Made by a program: the position numbers and the translations under genes
The notes under the pieces: generated by a model
What the model was told of the DNA's origin: nothing
Seen by the model: the letters and a program-made list of their open reading frames with translations, nothing else
Database searches by the model: none
Part shown: one piece after another, positions 10,961 to 25,281 of the stretch
Layout: every line of letters starts with the position of its first letter
Numbering within the stretch: position 1 is the first letter of the stretch
DNA from: Octopus bimaculoides
Lineage: Eukaryota
DNA: 64,000 nucleotides
Assembly: GCF_001194135.2 (NCBI RefSeq)
Contig: NC_068993.1
Span: forward strand, 60,333,894 to 60,397,893
Direction of reading: 5' to 3'

Positions 10961-13900
10961 CAAGTAACCTGTATTGTCCATAGTAATAATAGTTAAACTA
11001 GATCACAGATTCGCTGAGAGCATTTTCAATAGGAGATTAATGTGACTCCCCCATAAAATTCTTATGGGTGAGCTGTACACATTAGTGACCCAATAAAAGT
11101 ATTATGTGATCCTGTACATTAATTAAATCAACTGAAACAAAAATGACAGACTACATACAAATATAGACAACAAAATTAAGAAACACTTAAAAAACTGGTG
11201 TTTCTAATAACACTTGAAAAAGGGGTGTTGATTAACATTGTAGCCCTCTAAAATGTAGTGTCTAATAGACTAAAACTCAGCATCTAACAACACTTTAAAA
11301 GATGGCATTAAATAGTGTTCTTATCCGTCTAAAATGGAGTGTCTAAAATAATAAAATCCTACATAAAACATCCTTTTAAAATGGTGCATGGAACAACATG
11401 GTACAATACAGAAGCAGCATGAATACAGTAATGGTGCCACTCCAAAGTAGAGTGTCAATGCTGCATCACAGTAAACAGGAATGTCAAATTATGTGACATT
11501 TTGATTGGGTGCCAATTAATACAATAATATGATCAAAAACAGAATAACAGATAACACCGTAAATCTCTAAAATGAAGGATCAAACACCATTGTAACTCTC
11601 TTAAAATGAAGTACCAGATAGTGCTAAAACGTGTAAAACAAAATTAACAGCAATGCAGAACTCTAAAGCCTTTTGCTAAAATAGTCTTATAAGCGTCTTG
11701 TGAAATAGTAGCAGACAACATTGTGAAGCACTGCATGTTATAGTGCGTAACAATATTCTTGTAGATTGTAATTCATAGAACGGTAACGGAATGTGCATGC
11801 TGAGAGCATCTTGGAAGAGACACGATCGTGCAAGACAGATGTTATTTTAGGTGGTGTAGCCAGGGACAGCAAATTCACAGAAGAGCTAATTAGAATATTG
11901 CTCATTATGTTAAGATGGAGTATACAGACGTGTGTATTAAGATTTATGGAATACTTATTAATATTGCAACACTGTACAATTGAAGCTCTAATAACATTAA
12001 TATCTTAAATGGAGTGTATACTGACATTCGTTAACACTTTTAATGGAGTGCCTACACTATACAACTAGATATCTCACAACATCAATAAATATATATATAT
12101 CGAAACAGTTTGATTCAGACTCCTAGGTACCCCAATGTCCGAAGACTACCCACACACTTGAAACTCAGAGTACCAAGGATACTGAATCAAACTGTTTTGA
12201 CCTACACATGTAACTCCCAATAAATGTGCTGAGTGCCCTTCGTTCATTTTGTCTACTCACTCATATATATATATATATATATNNNNNNNNNNTATCAAAT
12301 GTCAAACAAGCATTTGATTGACAGCAGCTTCAAAGTCTCAGCCAGTTAAGCCATCATTAGATTGTAATGCATTGAAGTTGATCTAGGCTTCATACAGTCT
12401 TCCTTCAATAAGCGTGATATATATATATATATATATGTAAACACAACAACACTTTATATGTATAAAGTCTAGCAACCAAAAGTTATTTAAGACTGTTAAA
12501 TAATTCAAAATGAAGTTCTGAGTCAGACTGTCCAACACTTTAAATGGAGTATTAAATCCTACCCTTTAAAGACTCTAAAAGAAATGTCTAACAATTTCGT
12601 TTACTTCACCAAACTGTTAAGCAATTCAGATGGAGTGCTGGATTGCAATGTTTGATATTGCAAGTTAAGAGTCGATCACTACTTTTCTAAACTCTTTAAA
12701 AAAGGTGCACTTACAACACTAAATTATTAGACATATTTAACAACAGCACTGTTAAACAATCTAAATAGTCTAATGACACTCTAGAGTAGTAGACATCACT
12801 GCTTTCACACATTAAACACAAAATAGCAAAACACCAAATTGGCACTATATCACAAGAGTGATGTTCATTCTTAAATGAACGAATGAACTACAATTTTTAA
12901 AATCTTCAAAGAGAATGAGAAACACTACATTTTTAATGCTGCAAAACGTTTAGCCTAGTATGATGAATTTCATTCGAATTTAATTTAATTGAATCAATTT
13001 AATGCAGTAAATTGTAATTAAAAGAATGTTGTTGAATGCCTTAAATGGAGTGTTGAGCTACATTTTTAAACACCTGCAATGGAGTGTTAAATAACATTTC
13101 ACGAGGTCTTTCAATAACTTTGACGACAAAGTATATCTCAATAACTGTGATAACATTAAAAGAGATTAACAAAGAGATATACAATAGCCTCCTAAAATTG
13201 AATGATTTTTTTTTACCCCCAAAACTGTGACAATTTAAAACAGAAAAACCAAAGGTCAAACCACATTTGACTCTGTCATCAAATCAAATAACTTTACTAC
13301 CTCAGCACTAAAAGACTCACAGACAGTGAAAATAAATCTCATACACACACTCACACACAATGTATTTATCACCCAAAGATCCACACAAGCTACAACAGAA
13401 AATCTGAAGCAAACTACACACAACATATTAACACTTGTATTTTATAAAACAGATGCGAAGTGGAAATAATTTCCAGATTTTATCGACACCACATGGATTG
13501 TGGTGCCAATAAAATTACCTTGATGATGATAGAATTATCTAAATGGTTGGTGATGATAAAATTATCCGGATGGTTGGTGGTGCTGGAATTATCAGCATAA
13601 TGGTGTGAAAGTTGAATATTTTTTTATGTCAGCACATCATGATGGAAATAAAGCCTTGCAACTGCTTTGTCTCAACACAGAGAATTAACAAAACAGCTGT
13701 CAGTTTTACTGTGATTCCAAAGTCTACAGCAATGAAAAATTCTCAGTTTGGTAGAGTGAGCCATTAGGAATTTAAGTTCAGGCATGGTAATGTGAGCGAC
13801 AATTTGAAACTCCAAGAATTTTCTACAATCAACCTTTTATCTTTTATTTCTTTCAATTATTAGACTGAATTGACTCCAGTACTCATGATTTTTAGACTTG

Positions 13901-15272
13901 ATACATTGTATCAGTCCCTTTTGCCAAACTGTTAAGTTATGGGGACAGTAACACACCAACACCAGTTGTCAAGTGGTAGAGGAGAACACACACATGCGTT
14001 CACATTTTGTTCCCGCATTATAGGTTGACCCTTATGCCTTAAGAAGTAGGATGTTATGGCTAACATCCTGCTCCTGTGAATGTAACCATGTGATATGTCA
14101 GAATATACCATCTGATATTATTGTTTAACATTTAAGGAATAATCTTTAATAATTTCTAACCTATCTACAAAGCCATCGATTGATTAGGAGAGATTGGTTG
14201 AGGAAATCTTTATCAATATTTGACTGGCATTTTACTTTGTTAATAAATAACTGGTAAATACAATTGAAGCTACATAAAATCAGGGAGGATATTACCAATT
14301 GCTTATTGTTATCAAAAATAGTGTATCGCAAACACTTTATTGATTAATGTTATAAGCTAGTTATTGTTATCAAAAAAGGTACCCCTGAAAGTGATCACAA
14401 GCTTCTAATCTATATCCTTTCCATATGAAACATAGGACCTGGTTAAATTGATTTGTATTTTAGCAAATAACCCTTCAGGCATATTATTACAAGCTTCAAC
14501 CAGCAGATTGTGCCCAACCTGGAGCACTAATACAAAACCAAGGGGTTTTTAACTATACAGTTGTTATTGTATAGTGCAGTATCTATTGTTGACCCTGCTG
14601 TTGATGGTTTTCTTATTTTTGTTTTTCTGTTACAGTTCTTGCTGTAACCATTTGTAATGGAATAAAAGAAATAAAGAACACACACACACAGAGTTGTGTG
14701 CAATTATATGTAACACATTCATGTAGACTCAAGCATGGAAAGTCCTTCGCAGCACAAATTGTCTCTGGAGAGAAATCTTGCTTATAGTCACTGGTCTATG
14801 AAGGATGTCATTGAACCAAATTTCTTTTCAGGAACATGGTCCAATGGGTAGATAGACAGACACACACACACATGCATACATATTCTTTTTCTGAGAAGAT
14901 TCTTTATGAGAAGAACCATGAAGTAATGACATCATTCATACTTCAGCGGTGTGTTTTTCACAAACACTGTTGCCTTTGATAAGAATTTCTCTTGTGTTTG
15001 AATGTACACAAACATGTTAAACATCAATGTACTATCATACACACTTTTATATATCAGTCAACACTACCTTTATATATGTGTGTGAACACACGTTTTAATT
15101 TTGATTTAATTCAATCATTGATCTGTCGCTGTGCTGCAGCAATACTTTGAGGGTTTATTCAAAGAAATCAACAGTAGTTAAGTCTGGTACTTTTTCATCA
15201 AACTGTTAAGTTATGGGGTATGTCAACAAACCAACACCACTGGTCAGACTGATGGGCGGGAACACATAGACG

Positions 15273-15319
<47 letters not shown>

Positions 15320-16329
15320 ACACAACAGGCTTCTACACAGTTTCTCTCACCCAAGTTCACTTAGAAGGCATTGGTTGACCCTGGGCTATAGCAGAAGATA
15401 CTTTGCCATGGGAAGAAATTACTCTTGGTGGTTACTAAGTTTCTGCTTTTGGTTCCATGCTAGTTTACCAGTTTCAAAACAATTACATTGTAGAACATGT
15501 GTCATCCAAGAATTTGTCAGTAAAACATTTGATGTGCCAATCTGTCTCTCTTCCATCTTATTTCTTGGCTTTTCTTTCAATTGCAAATCAAGACTTGAAC
15601 TTCTGAGATCGATAAAACAGATGATAGATATTCAATAGCTGCAATCTGGTTCCCACACTGCAGTATGATGGTGAACTGTATCTCCATAGTTTCCTCACTC
15701 ATTCAAATCCAAGGAAGCCATAAGACAAGTAAGAACAGTTGTGATGCTCTGCTTTCCTGGATGGCTTCTGTTCAAGTATTATTGGTGTTTGGGTGGTGAA
15801 GTCTTCATCTTATCATACTAGAGTACTGTCCTTCTCAACATGATGGCTCATAAAAGAAAAGCACAGTTTTAAGAAAGAACTGAGTACAGAATGTGGTCAT
15901 ATACAATAGCAAGTGAGGTCACAATATAATATATACATATATAAGTCTGTGTATCGATATATACCTATCAAATTTATATAAGCCTCTTACTAGTGGAACA
16001 TTGTAAAAATTGAAAGCACTTAATTTCTCTGGCAGAGTTAAGTGCTCTTTATACAACACTTAATATATACAATATGCTACTTAAGTTTCATGGCTAAGTA
16101 GCTATCAGCTCTCCATCTAAATTGCAATGCTCAAATTTAGAATGCTGAAACATCTAATTATTTATGAAACTTGAATAGTACATTGTACATCTTAAGTGCT
16201 GCATTAAGATTACACTTACCTTTCTCTTACTTTCTATTATATATATANNNNNNNNNNNNNNNNNNNNNNNNNNNNNNNNNNNNNNNNNATATATATATAT
16301 ATATAGCTAAAAACTTAGATATGTTTCGA

Positions 16330-16530
16330 CCAAAGATTGGTCCAGGCCATGTCTAACTTAATAGCACCACCTGATAGGATTATCTAAATCCTTTTTAAGT
16401 CAAGTTTTGTGGTATTATAGTCCATTCAAGTAGTGACTTCTTGTTGAGTGAGTTGTAACCAGGTATAGGTGGCTTATCTGGTATTCCTTGAAGAAATTTG
16501 TCCAGACTCCGTTTAAAGGTGATGGGATCC
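16330..16530 (-). mobile_element. CR1/L2-type LINE 3' fragment
   Basis: Minus-strand translation DPITFKRSLDKFLQGIPDKPPIPGYNSLNKKSLLEW resembles the FKxxLDKFL C-terminal ORF2 motif of CR1-group LINEs. Confidence 0.7.
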
Positions 16531-18851
16531 TTTTCCTCTTTGATCAGTTTTGTGTTTGTGTGTATGTATGTTTCCAAACAGGGTGTTATGTTCCTATGGC
16601 AAGATATGTTCTCATGGAAGATTGGAAATGAATGACATCAACTATAACATGATGTCAAAATTCAACACATTCACGCATACAAACACGAAACAGAACACAC
16701 ACATGTGCATATGCACATGCACTGACTCTAAATATCTGCACATATACACACATACATGCACAAATATCCTGTTGATGTTGTTGAAATTCCAATGAGGGAA
16801 CCAAGTCTAGGTTAGAAAACAGCTCTTTTTTCCATTGGCAAAAAAAAGAAAAAAAAAAACTGGAAATTAAATTAATTACATACATGCATCCGACAGGCTT
16901 CTTTCAGTTTCCGTCCCCCAAATCCAACAAGATTTTGGTTGGGCAGGAGCTACGTTAAAAGACACAGAGCCTGAAACCATGTGGTTGAAAAACAAACACT
17001 TTAGCTACATAGTCATGCCTGCACTTATATTTCTGTATCTGTATTTTGGGACTGAGTCTCACAAATGCATGTAGACATACACACACACACACACACATTC
17101 TTTCACATTCCATTTTGCATGCTAGCATAGGTGGTTTCCACAAATTTGGACAATTAAATATGATTGAGAATCTGCTTTTTAGGTGTTTCTTTGACATGTC
17201 TAAATGGTTATTTATGAAGATATGATAAAACCTGTTATCTCAACACACTGAAATACAGTCATGTGACACTACAACTTTTTGTGACAAAGTCTTCCAATCT
17301 GACCTTCATTGATACAAGGTCACAATGATTTAAGGGTCAATCAACTTCACCCCTTACTTGATACCTATTTTAGCAATTTTCACGTTTAACTGATAACAAC
17401 AGGATTTGAACATGGAATTTACAGAAAGGGAATTGGTATTAATGGCAATGATAATTCTAATTTTTACACAAGGCCAGCAACGTTTTGAAGAAACAGGGAA
17501 GTTGATTACATCTTATTTTATCAACACCAAAAGACTGAATGTCTAAGTTGATCTTGGCAGAATTTGAACTTAGAACGTGAAGAGTTTGAATAATAGCAAC
17601 AATAATGATTTCTTATAATCAGCACAAATTCTTCAAGTTCTTAGGAAGAAATCGGTTCTTAATATCCATACTGGAGAATCAAAACCCAAACCAGAAAAAC
17701 CAAAGATGGAGAAAAATTAGATTAACTCAAGAATGGCTAGTCCAACTTAATGCAGATGGCATTGTCAAGGAATTGAGGTTCCCCATAGAAAATAGTTGAA
17801 ATAGTTTGAAAAGTATGTTTCATCATCATCATCATCACCTTCAACGTACATTTTTATAGTGTCTTCATATCTTATTGTAAGTTCTGATTAGCCTAGTTTG
17901 CACAAACACACAGACCATATTTATACATAATATATTATGCATTTATTTAGGTATGGATACACACACACACACACACACACATGCATATACATATATAAAA
18001 TACACATAGAATAAGCATGTGTTGATTTGTGCTGCAATATACAAAGCAATATTAAAAATAACACAATACACACACACACATGCATGTGTGAGTATATATA
18101 TATGTGTATGTGTGTGTATACATATATGTATATATATACGAATGTATAATTTTTTTTCTTTTACTTACTTTCACTGGTGTTGTTGTTGTTGCTACTCTAT
18201 TTCAATAACTGCGATACATAATTTATATTATGTTATATATATTGATAAAGAAATATCAAACATGCTTATGCACACTCACAATAGACACACACACACAGAT
18301 GTATATATTTAGGACATACACACACACACATATATAAACACGATATACACACCCACATATATTTGAAACATGCACACATACATAATCTATGATGTACACA
18401 TAGATATTTATAACACACAACCACACAATATTTATATGATATTCACACACAATATTTATATTTGCATGATATACACACATATATTATTACCTTTTTTCTT
18501 TTTTCCTAAGCACAAAACCACAAAGCCCCTTCATTGGAATTTCTTTGCACACAACCACACGCTATCAAAAATAAATTCCTTTTTGCATTTTTAAAACACT
18601 TTTTGCCTTAATTGAACTTCTGTTAGGTTCTTTAAATATTTTCTCCTTTTTTTCTTGATTCAAAAAATAGTGAAATCCTTTTGAAGAACAATTTTTTTTT
18701 AAACAATATTTTAGGAGTTTGGAAGAGTCCAATCAAATCCTTTTAATATTTCAGAAAGAAAACAAAATTATTTTCCTCTTTTGGTTCTTTGAAGTTTGGA
18801 ATAGATGAACAGAAAGAATTTTCAAAAGAACTTCCATCATATATATATATA

Positions 18852-18899
<48 letters not shown>

Positions 18900-18918
18900 G
18901 GAAGTTCTTTTGAAAATA

Positions 18919-18949
<31 letters not shown>

Positions 18950-19286
18950 GATATATTTTTTTAAATTTGTAACAGCAGAATTCAGTATTTATTTTGTTGG
19001 TCTTCAAGCAGTAGAGGCTGCGGTTTTAGTTGTAGCAATGGGAGATGTGAAAATTGATACCTTGAAAGCATCACTTATAATTCATCCCAGATAAATAACA
19101 GAAGACCAGGTCTTCTGTATAAACTTGCAACACACACACACACATATGCATCTGATATATGTGTATGTGTGTGCTTAACTATTAAGAGTATTTATTTAAA
19201 AAAACAAAACAATTTGATTTTGCCACATGCAACTTGATTTCATTGGTGGCTTGGCACAGCAACTTAGCTCATTAGATTCAGGCAAC

Positions 19287-19326
<40 letters not shown>

Positions 19327-19502
19327 CGTACACACACACACACATATAAATTTTTTCATATACACACATACAATCAGCATTGTTTTCCATGCTAGTATAT
19401 GAGTCAGACCAGACAAAATTCATTGAACCAGATTTCTTACACCTGGATATTCCTCCACTTACCATTCTTCAATTCAGTTCTATATTTAAGAGATGACAAA
19501 TT

Positions 19503-19732
19503 ATTTACATTATTTACATTTGACGGATATTTGTCCTCATCTTGTTTGGTGTTAACACAACGTTTCGGCTGATATACCCTCCAGCCTTCATCAGGTGTCT
19601 TGGGGAAATATCAAACCTGGGTTCTCATTCCTAAGGTATTTTTTGATATTATTATTATTATTATTCAGGTCACTGCTTGGAATCAAACTCAGACTCTTGG
19701 GGTTAGTAGCCCACACTCTTAACCACTATGCC
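19503..19732 (-). mobile_element. tRNA-headed SINE (family D) with Penelope-like hammerhead-containing tail
   Basis: Head GGCATAGTGGTTAAGAGTGTGGGCTACTAACCCCAAGAGTCTGAGTTTGATTCC (box A/box B, CpG-decayed), then (AAT)n, then a tail carrying CTGATGA..GAAAC. Confidence 0.7.
19554..19599 (-). ncRNA. Minimal type I hammerhead ribozyme motif
   Basis: GACAC-CUGAUGA-A-GGCUG(gaggguauau)CAGCC-GAAA-CG-U-U-GUGUU: stem I 5 bp (one G-U), stem II 5 bp, palindromic AACGUU stem III, GUU cleavage triplet; one extra A between A9 and stem II. Confidence 0.65.
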
Positions 19733-20189
19733 TGAGAGTATATCAGCCGAAATGTTGTGTTAACAACAAACAAGATGAGGACAAATATCTGTCAAATGTG
19801 AATAATGTACATTCTTCAATTGTTTCCAAGCTGAGTAATATTTTACAATCACAGGACATATTTTCAGTGAAGATTGAAAATTGATTATTCCACTTCAATC
19901 ACATAATGCTGAGGCAAAGAGGCACAAACAAATAGATGCACACGCACACACACGCAGAGGCATATAGAGAGGTAGGCATTAGGAAGAGCATCCGGCTGTA
20001 GAAAGCATGCCAAAACTGACACCGGAGCACAGTGTGGTCCTCGGACCCATTGGATCCTATCAAACCATCCTTCCCATGCCAATGTGAAATGTGGATGTTA
20101 AATAATGTATAGATAGGAGCTATTGAAAAGGCAATGAAAATGTGGTGCTCAAGCATGGCCACAACCCTTTAGGCTGAAACACATAACAG

Positions 20190-20584
20190 AACAAAGGAAT
20201 ATATATATATATATAGATATAGATATACATACATACATACACGTGTGTACATATATATACACATATATATAGATACATATATGTATAATATATATACATA
20301 AATATATGTATAATATATATATGTATACATATATTTATACATATATATATATATACATATATAGGTACCTGTTACATATTCTTGTATTCGTATATTTGAC
20401 TATATATGTATATATGCAAACACATGCATGCATATATATATATATATATATATATGTATACAAACGTATATAAATATGCACCATACACACACTCCCAAAT
20501 GTGTGTGTGCATTATCCATGTGTATACAATTTGTGATATATATGGAAGGCATAAAAATATGTATATATAATTATGAACAAAAGC

Positions 20585-20650
<66 letters not shown>

Positions 20651-20700
20651 TACAGCATACATTAACAAGACAAAAGTCTGTGCATGCTTATATTCACATA
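20190..20700. repeat. Compound (AT)n/(ACAT)n microsatellite field
   Basis: Direct inspection. Confidence 0.9.
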
Positions 20701-21520
20701 AATATAATAAAGATATTTTAATTACATAGCACTAATCACACACTCATAATTTTGGCATTTTCATTTCAGAAATGGGTGGCTAAATCATTTAAAGTTACAT
20801 CTATATTTTTGAAATATTTTTTTTATTTCAATTATTTCACAACCTGAAGAATAAAAATAAACAATAATAAAACAAAAAACACAAAGAACCTCCCATCAGC
20901 TTTGTTTTTTGCTTTTGCTGATAAAGAAAAAAAAAAAAACAATCGAATATCGTCATCATCATCATCACAAGTCCCAGGAGAATATGAAACTACACCAACA
21001 ACCATCAGGTGTCTCTCTCTCACATGCACACACGCATTAGCAATATTATTTATTATGTAGCATTACCAAACATATTGCTTATTGCATATTAATTATTCCG
21101 TCAAATCACACACACACACACACACACACACATTTAAAATTTACAAGCTATCAACCCATCTCCAATCTTAACCTGACATTATACACAGGTGTATATTACA
21201 TGCAAATACAAATATAACAACATATGCCCTTAATTACAGATATCCTTAATTATAATTTTAATAATTATTACCCAAAAGGTCTTTTCTTCCCATACTAGCC
21301 ACTTGATATGATTGTTATTTTAAATAATGGTCTTATCCTTATTCATACAATAATATATATACATATATACACATGTGTGTGCATGTATATAAATATATAT
21401 ATATATATATATACCAATATATATTAATCACTATATATTCTTTGTTGTATCTATCATACATGCATGTATGTGTGTGCATGTGTATTATATATATATACCA
21501 TTTAATGTACACTATAATTA

Positions 21521-21861
21521 CCGTATTTGATGGCTTATAAGATGCACGAGTGCATAGGATGCACCCTGGCCTAGGCTATACTTTCATAAAATAAATTACG
21601 ACTAAAATAATGTTTTAATTCCTCCACTTACCTGTATAATTCTATGTTAATACAGGTAATTATAAGCAATTTAATACATCTACATTTAATATAAACATAC
21701 CATAGGTGATTGTTCACCAATAGATGGCAGCACACGTTTTGTAAACATGCATATTGTTTTGAGCGAGTTTTGAGCCTACATTGAGTGGATTGGATGCAGG
21801 GGTACTTTTTAAGCCATTTTGGGGTAAAAAAAAGGTGCGCCTTATAGGCCGTCAAATACAG
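21521..21861. mobile_element. Tc1/mariner-superfamily MITE (Tc2/pogo-like TIR)
   Basis: TA|CCGTATTTGATGGCTTATAAGATGCAC ... GTGCGCCTTATAGGCCGTCAAATACAG|TA: about 27 bp imperfect TIRs flanked by TA on both sides. Confidence 0.8.
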
Positions 21862-22112
21862 TAAGTCAAGAGCTACTAATAGTTCTTTACTAGTACACAC
21901 GACCAGGAAGAACATGCCTTGTTCCTCCAAGCAATCTTCAAGGCACAAAGCACATTATAAAGCCATGCCCAGCCACATGTCTTCATAGTAAGAATCTATT
22001 AGAGACTCTTGGCTTAATTACAGGGTACATGGAATGTTACTTATCTCTCATCACTTTTTTGTTTTGTTGATTTTACCTTAATGGAATGGTAAACTATACA
22101 CACACACACACA

Positions 22113-22164
<52 letters not shown>

Positions 22165-22664
22165 CATGTACACACACAAATATAATATACATATATGTAT
22201 TATATACACACACATCAACATATTATTTTAGAAAGCAATATAATCCATACACGCAGTAACTCTTTCAATAATCAGAATACATATATCACATATACATGCA
22301 ACCAACACACTTCCATACCTTACCATACATAATTTACGTGTGTGTGTGTATGGACATTCATATACACCCCTTTCAAATTCTACCAGCTCTCATCACACTA
22401 CAAGTCACCATTTTTATATTCCCATCATATACATAAACTCACTCACTTTCATAGACTGTTTATTTCTTCTAGCACCACCACACACACACACACCATCACC
22501 TCCATGACAACTACATGAATAATAATAACAGCACCAAATTACTCTCTTTCTCTCTCTCTCTCTCTCTTGACCCCATCAAATGCAAACTCCCGTTTTTCAC
22601 CAAAGTCCACCCATCACTACCACCACCACCACCACCATTACAAACACTGCTAACCACTGCATGT

Positions 22665-22870
22665 AGTAATAATGATTTCAAATTTTGGCACAAGGCCAGT
22701 GATTCCAGGGGGAGGTGGTAAGTCGATCAGATCGATCCCCAGTACGTGACTGGTACTTATTTTATCAACCCTGAAAGGATGAAAGGCAAAGTCGACCTCG
22801 GCACAATTTGAACTCAGAACGTAAAGATGGATTGCCTGGTGTTCTACCGATTCAGCCAGGCTGCCGCTTT
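22665..22870 (-). mobile_element. SINE family B copy
   Basis: ggtacttattttatcaaccctgaaaggatgaaaggcaaagtcgacctcggc..tttgaactcagaacgt signature; further fragments at about 25415-25625, 27755-27955, 28840-29250, 36290-36450. Confidence 0.75.
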
Positions 22871-23053
22871 CACTGCATGTAATAATATTAACTGCTTTAA
22901 TGTTAGATCAAGCCATCTCTTAGCTTAGGCCAGACAAGAATAAGAAAAAAAAATGTAAGAAAAAAAGCTAAGGCGTTATGTGCCACAAGGCATCATTCAC
23001 CCTCAGTTTTCTTCAGACTAGCAAAATTAAAATAACAAATGAATTTAAAAACA

Positions 23054-23114
<61 letters not shown>

Positions 23115-23309
23115 GACACCAGATTGTGTCACTTGGTTTAAATTTATCTTCATCTGTTTATTATTGTTCGTTCACATTGTTATTGTTGTTATTGTTGTTG
23201 TTGTTGTTGTTGTTGCTACAGTTTATTTCATTCTTGTGCTTCTATTTTCTTCATGTTTCCAAAGAGTGAAGAGTCTTAAATTCTAGTTTCCGTAGACGTA
23301 CCTGGAAGT

Positions 23310-23528
23310 GGGCTTGGCTGTGTGTGTGTGTGTGTGTGTGTGTGTGCATGAATGTGTATATATATATAAACTGTATGTGTGTGTGTATATATCTCTACCA
23401 ATATATATATATATACACACACACATATGTGCGTGTGTGTATATGCATATCTGTATGTGTGTGTGTGTGTGTATATATATTTACATACATCTGTGTATGT
23501 GTGTGCATATATATGTATATGTGTGTGC

Positions 23529-23588
<60 letters not shown>

Positions 23589-24451
23589 GTATGTGTGCAT
23601 AGGTATATATACATCTTTATGCGTGTGTGTGTGTGTGTGTGTATACGCATCTGTATATATAATATATATGTTGCAGATTATATATATAATCTGCATGTGT
23701 AAAAATGTATATATATGTATCTGCATGTATATATACACGCACACACACGTGTTTGTGTGCGTGTATGTATATATATATCTGCATGTGTATATCTACATTT
23801 GTATGTGTGAGTGTATTATATACATACATGTGTGCATATATATTATATACATGCACACATATATATATATACATACGCATCTGCATATGTATGTCTATAT
23901 ATATATATCTTTACACACACATATACATACACATATATATATATTTATAGACAAACATCTGTCAAGGAGAAAAATGTTTTAGAGTGCTTAACATTATAGA
24001 CAGAATATAATATATATATATATATATACACATACACACACACACACATGTAGTATACATGTAGCATGTGCGTGCGAGAGAAACACTTCATAATTTCTGT
24101 TTGACATGAATGCTTGCTTTTGCATACATACATGTATAACACCACATGTAATAAGTGTATGTATGTCTCTCTCTGTCTATGTATATATACATATATATAT
24201 AATCTCACACGTGTATATACATCATGTATGTATAAATATATGTATACACATGTACATGAAAATACAAAACAGATATTTCTCAATGACATGCATATATATG
24301 CACATTACATTGATATCATTACACATATACACCCACCCACACACATACATACATACATATATACGCACACATCCACAATTGATTCCTTCCAAAATATAGA
24401 CAGACGATTTATGCAGAAAATATACAACACAGTGTGCACCTATACATACTG

Positions 24452-24498
<47 letters not shown>

Positions 24499-24560
24499 GT
24501 ACACCCATATATATATATATGTATGTAATACATACTTACATAAACACACATACATACATT
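23310..24560. repeat. Compound (GT)n/(AT)n/(CA)n microsatellite field
   Basis: Direct inspection; source of the many CV/YI/HT ORFs. Confidence 0.92.
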
Positions 24561-25250
24561 CACACAGATATACATCAATGTGCATGCAATGTAAAAAATA
24601 TAAAATAAAATAAAATTTATTATATTCTTAAACTCAGAAGGAAGGAAAAACACCATCACAAACACATTTAAAAAAAATAATGAGTGGAGTGGGGGGAGAA
24701 AAAATGTTTATTATTGCTTTAACGATAATTGGATAAATAATTTGTTTATTGCTTTTTGTTTTTCTCTTTATTGCTTTTTATTTTTACCTTTTAATATTTA
24801 TTGCTTTTCAACTTTGTTTTAATGTTTCGTTTCTTTCCTCTTTTCATTTTATATATGTGTGTTTTGTTTCATGTGTCTATATGTCTGTGATATATGTATG
24901 TGTATATAATGTATATATACACATTCACACAGGTGTGTGTGTGTATAGACATACATATATATATATATATGTGTTTGTTATACATACATGTATGTTATGT
25001 AATTTGTTATTCCAAATAATTATTGCTTTGAATTCTTTTTATTTTCTTTTTCAAAATACAAAAACTCACCCTCATTTAACCCACCCTGATTAAAATGTTT
25101 TGGGGAAGAGAGACAGACAGACAGACAGGAAGAGAATGAGAAAAGAGATGGATACACGTGTCAGGGGAGAAGAAGATTGGACAGAAAAACAGACTACAGG
25201 TAAGAAGTCGAAGAGGGTGGACCTTGGAAGGAAATGGCAGAAGAGTTTCA

Positions 25251-25281
<31 letters not shown>

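Noticed and set aside
23276-24608. Many overlapping long ORFs (CV/YI/HT-rich)
   Set aside because: Translations of dinucleotide microsatellites; same for 18019-18939, 20372-20721, 31631-32135 and 33671-34017.
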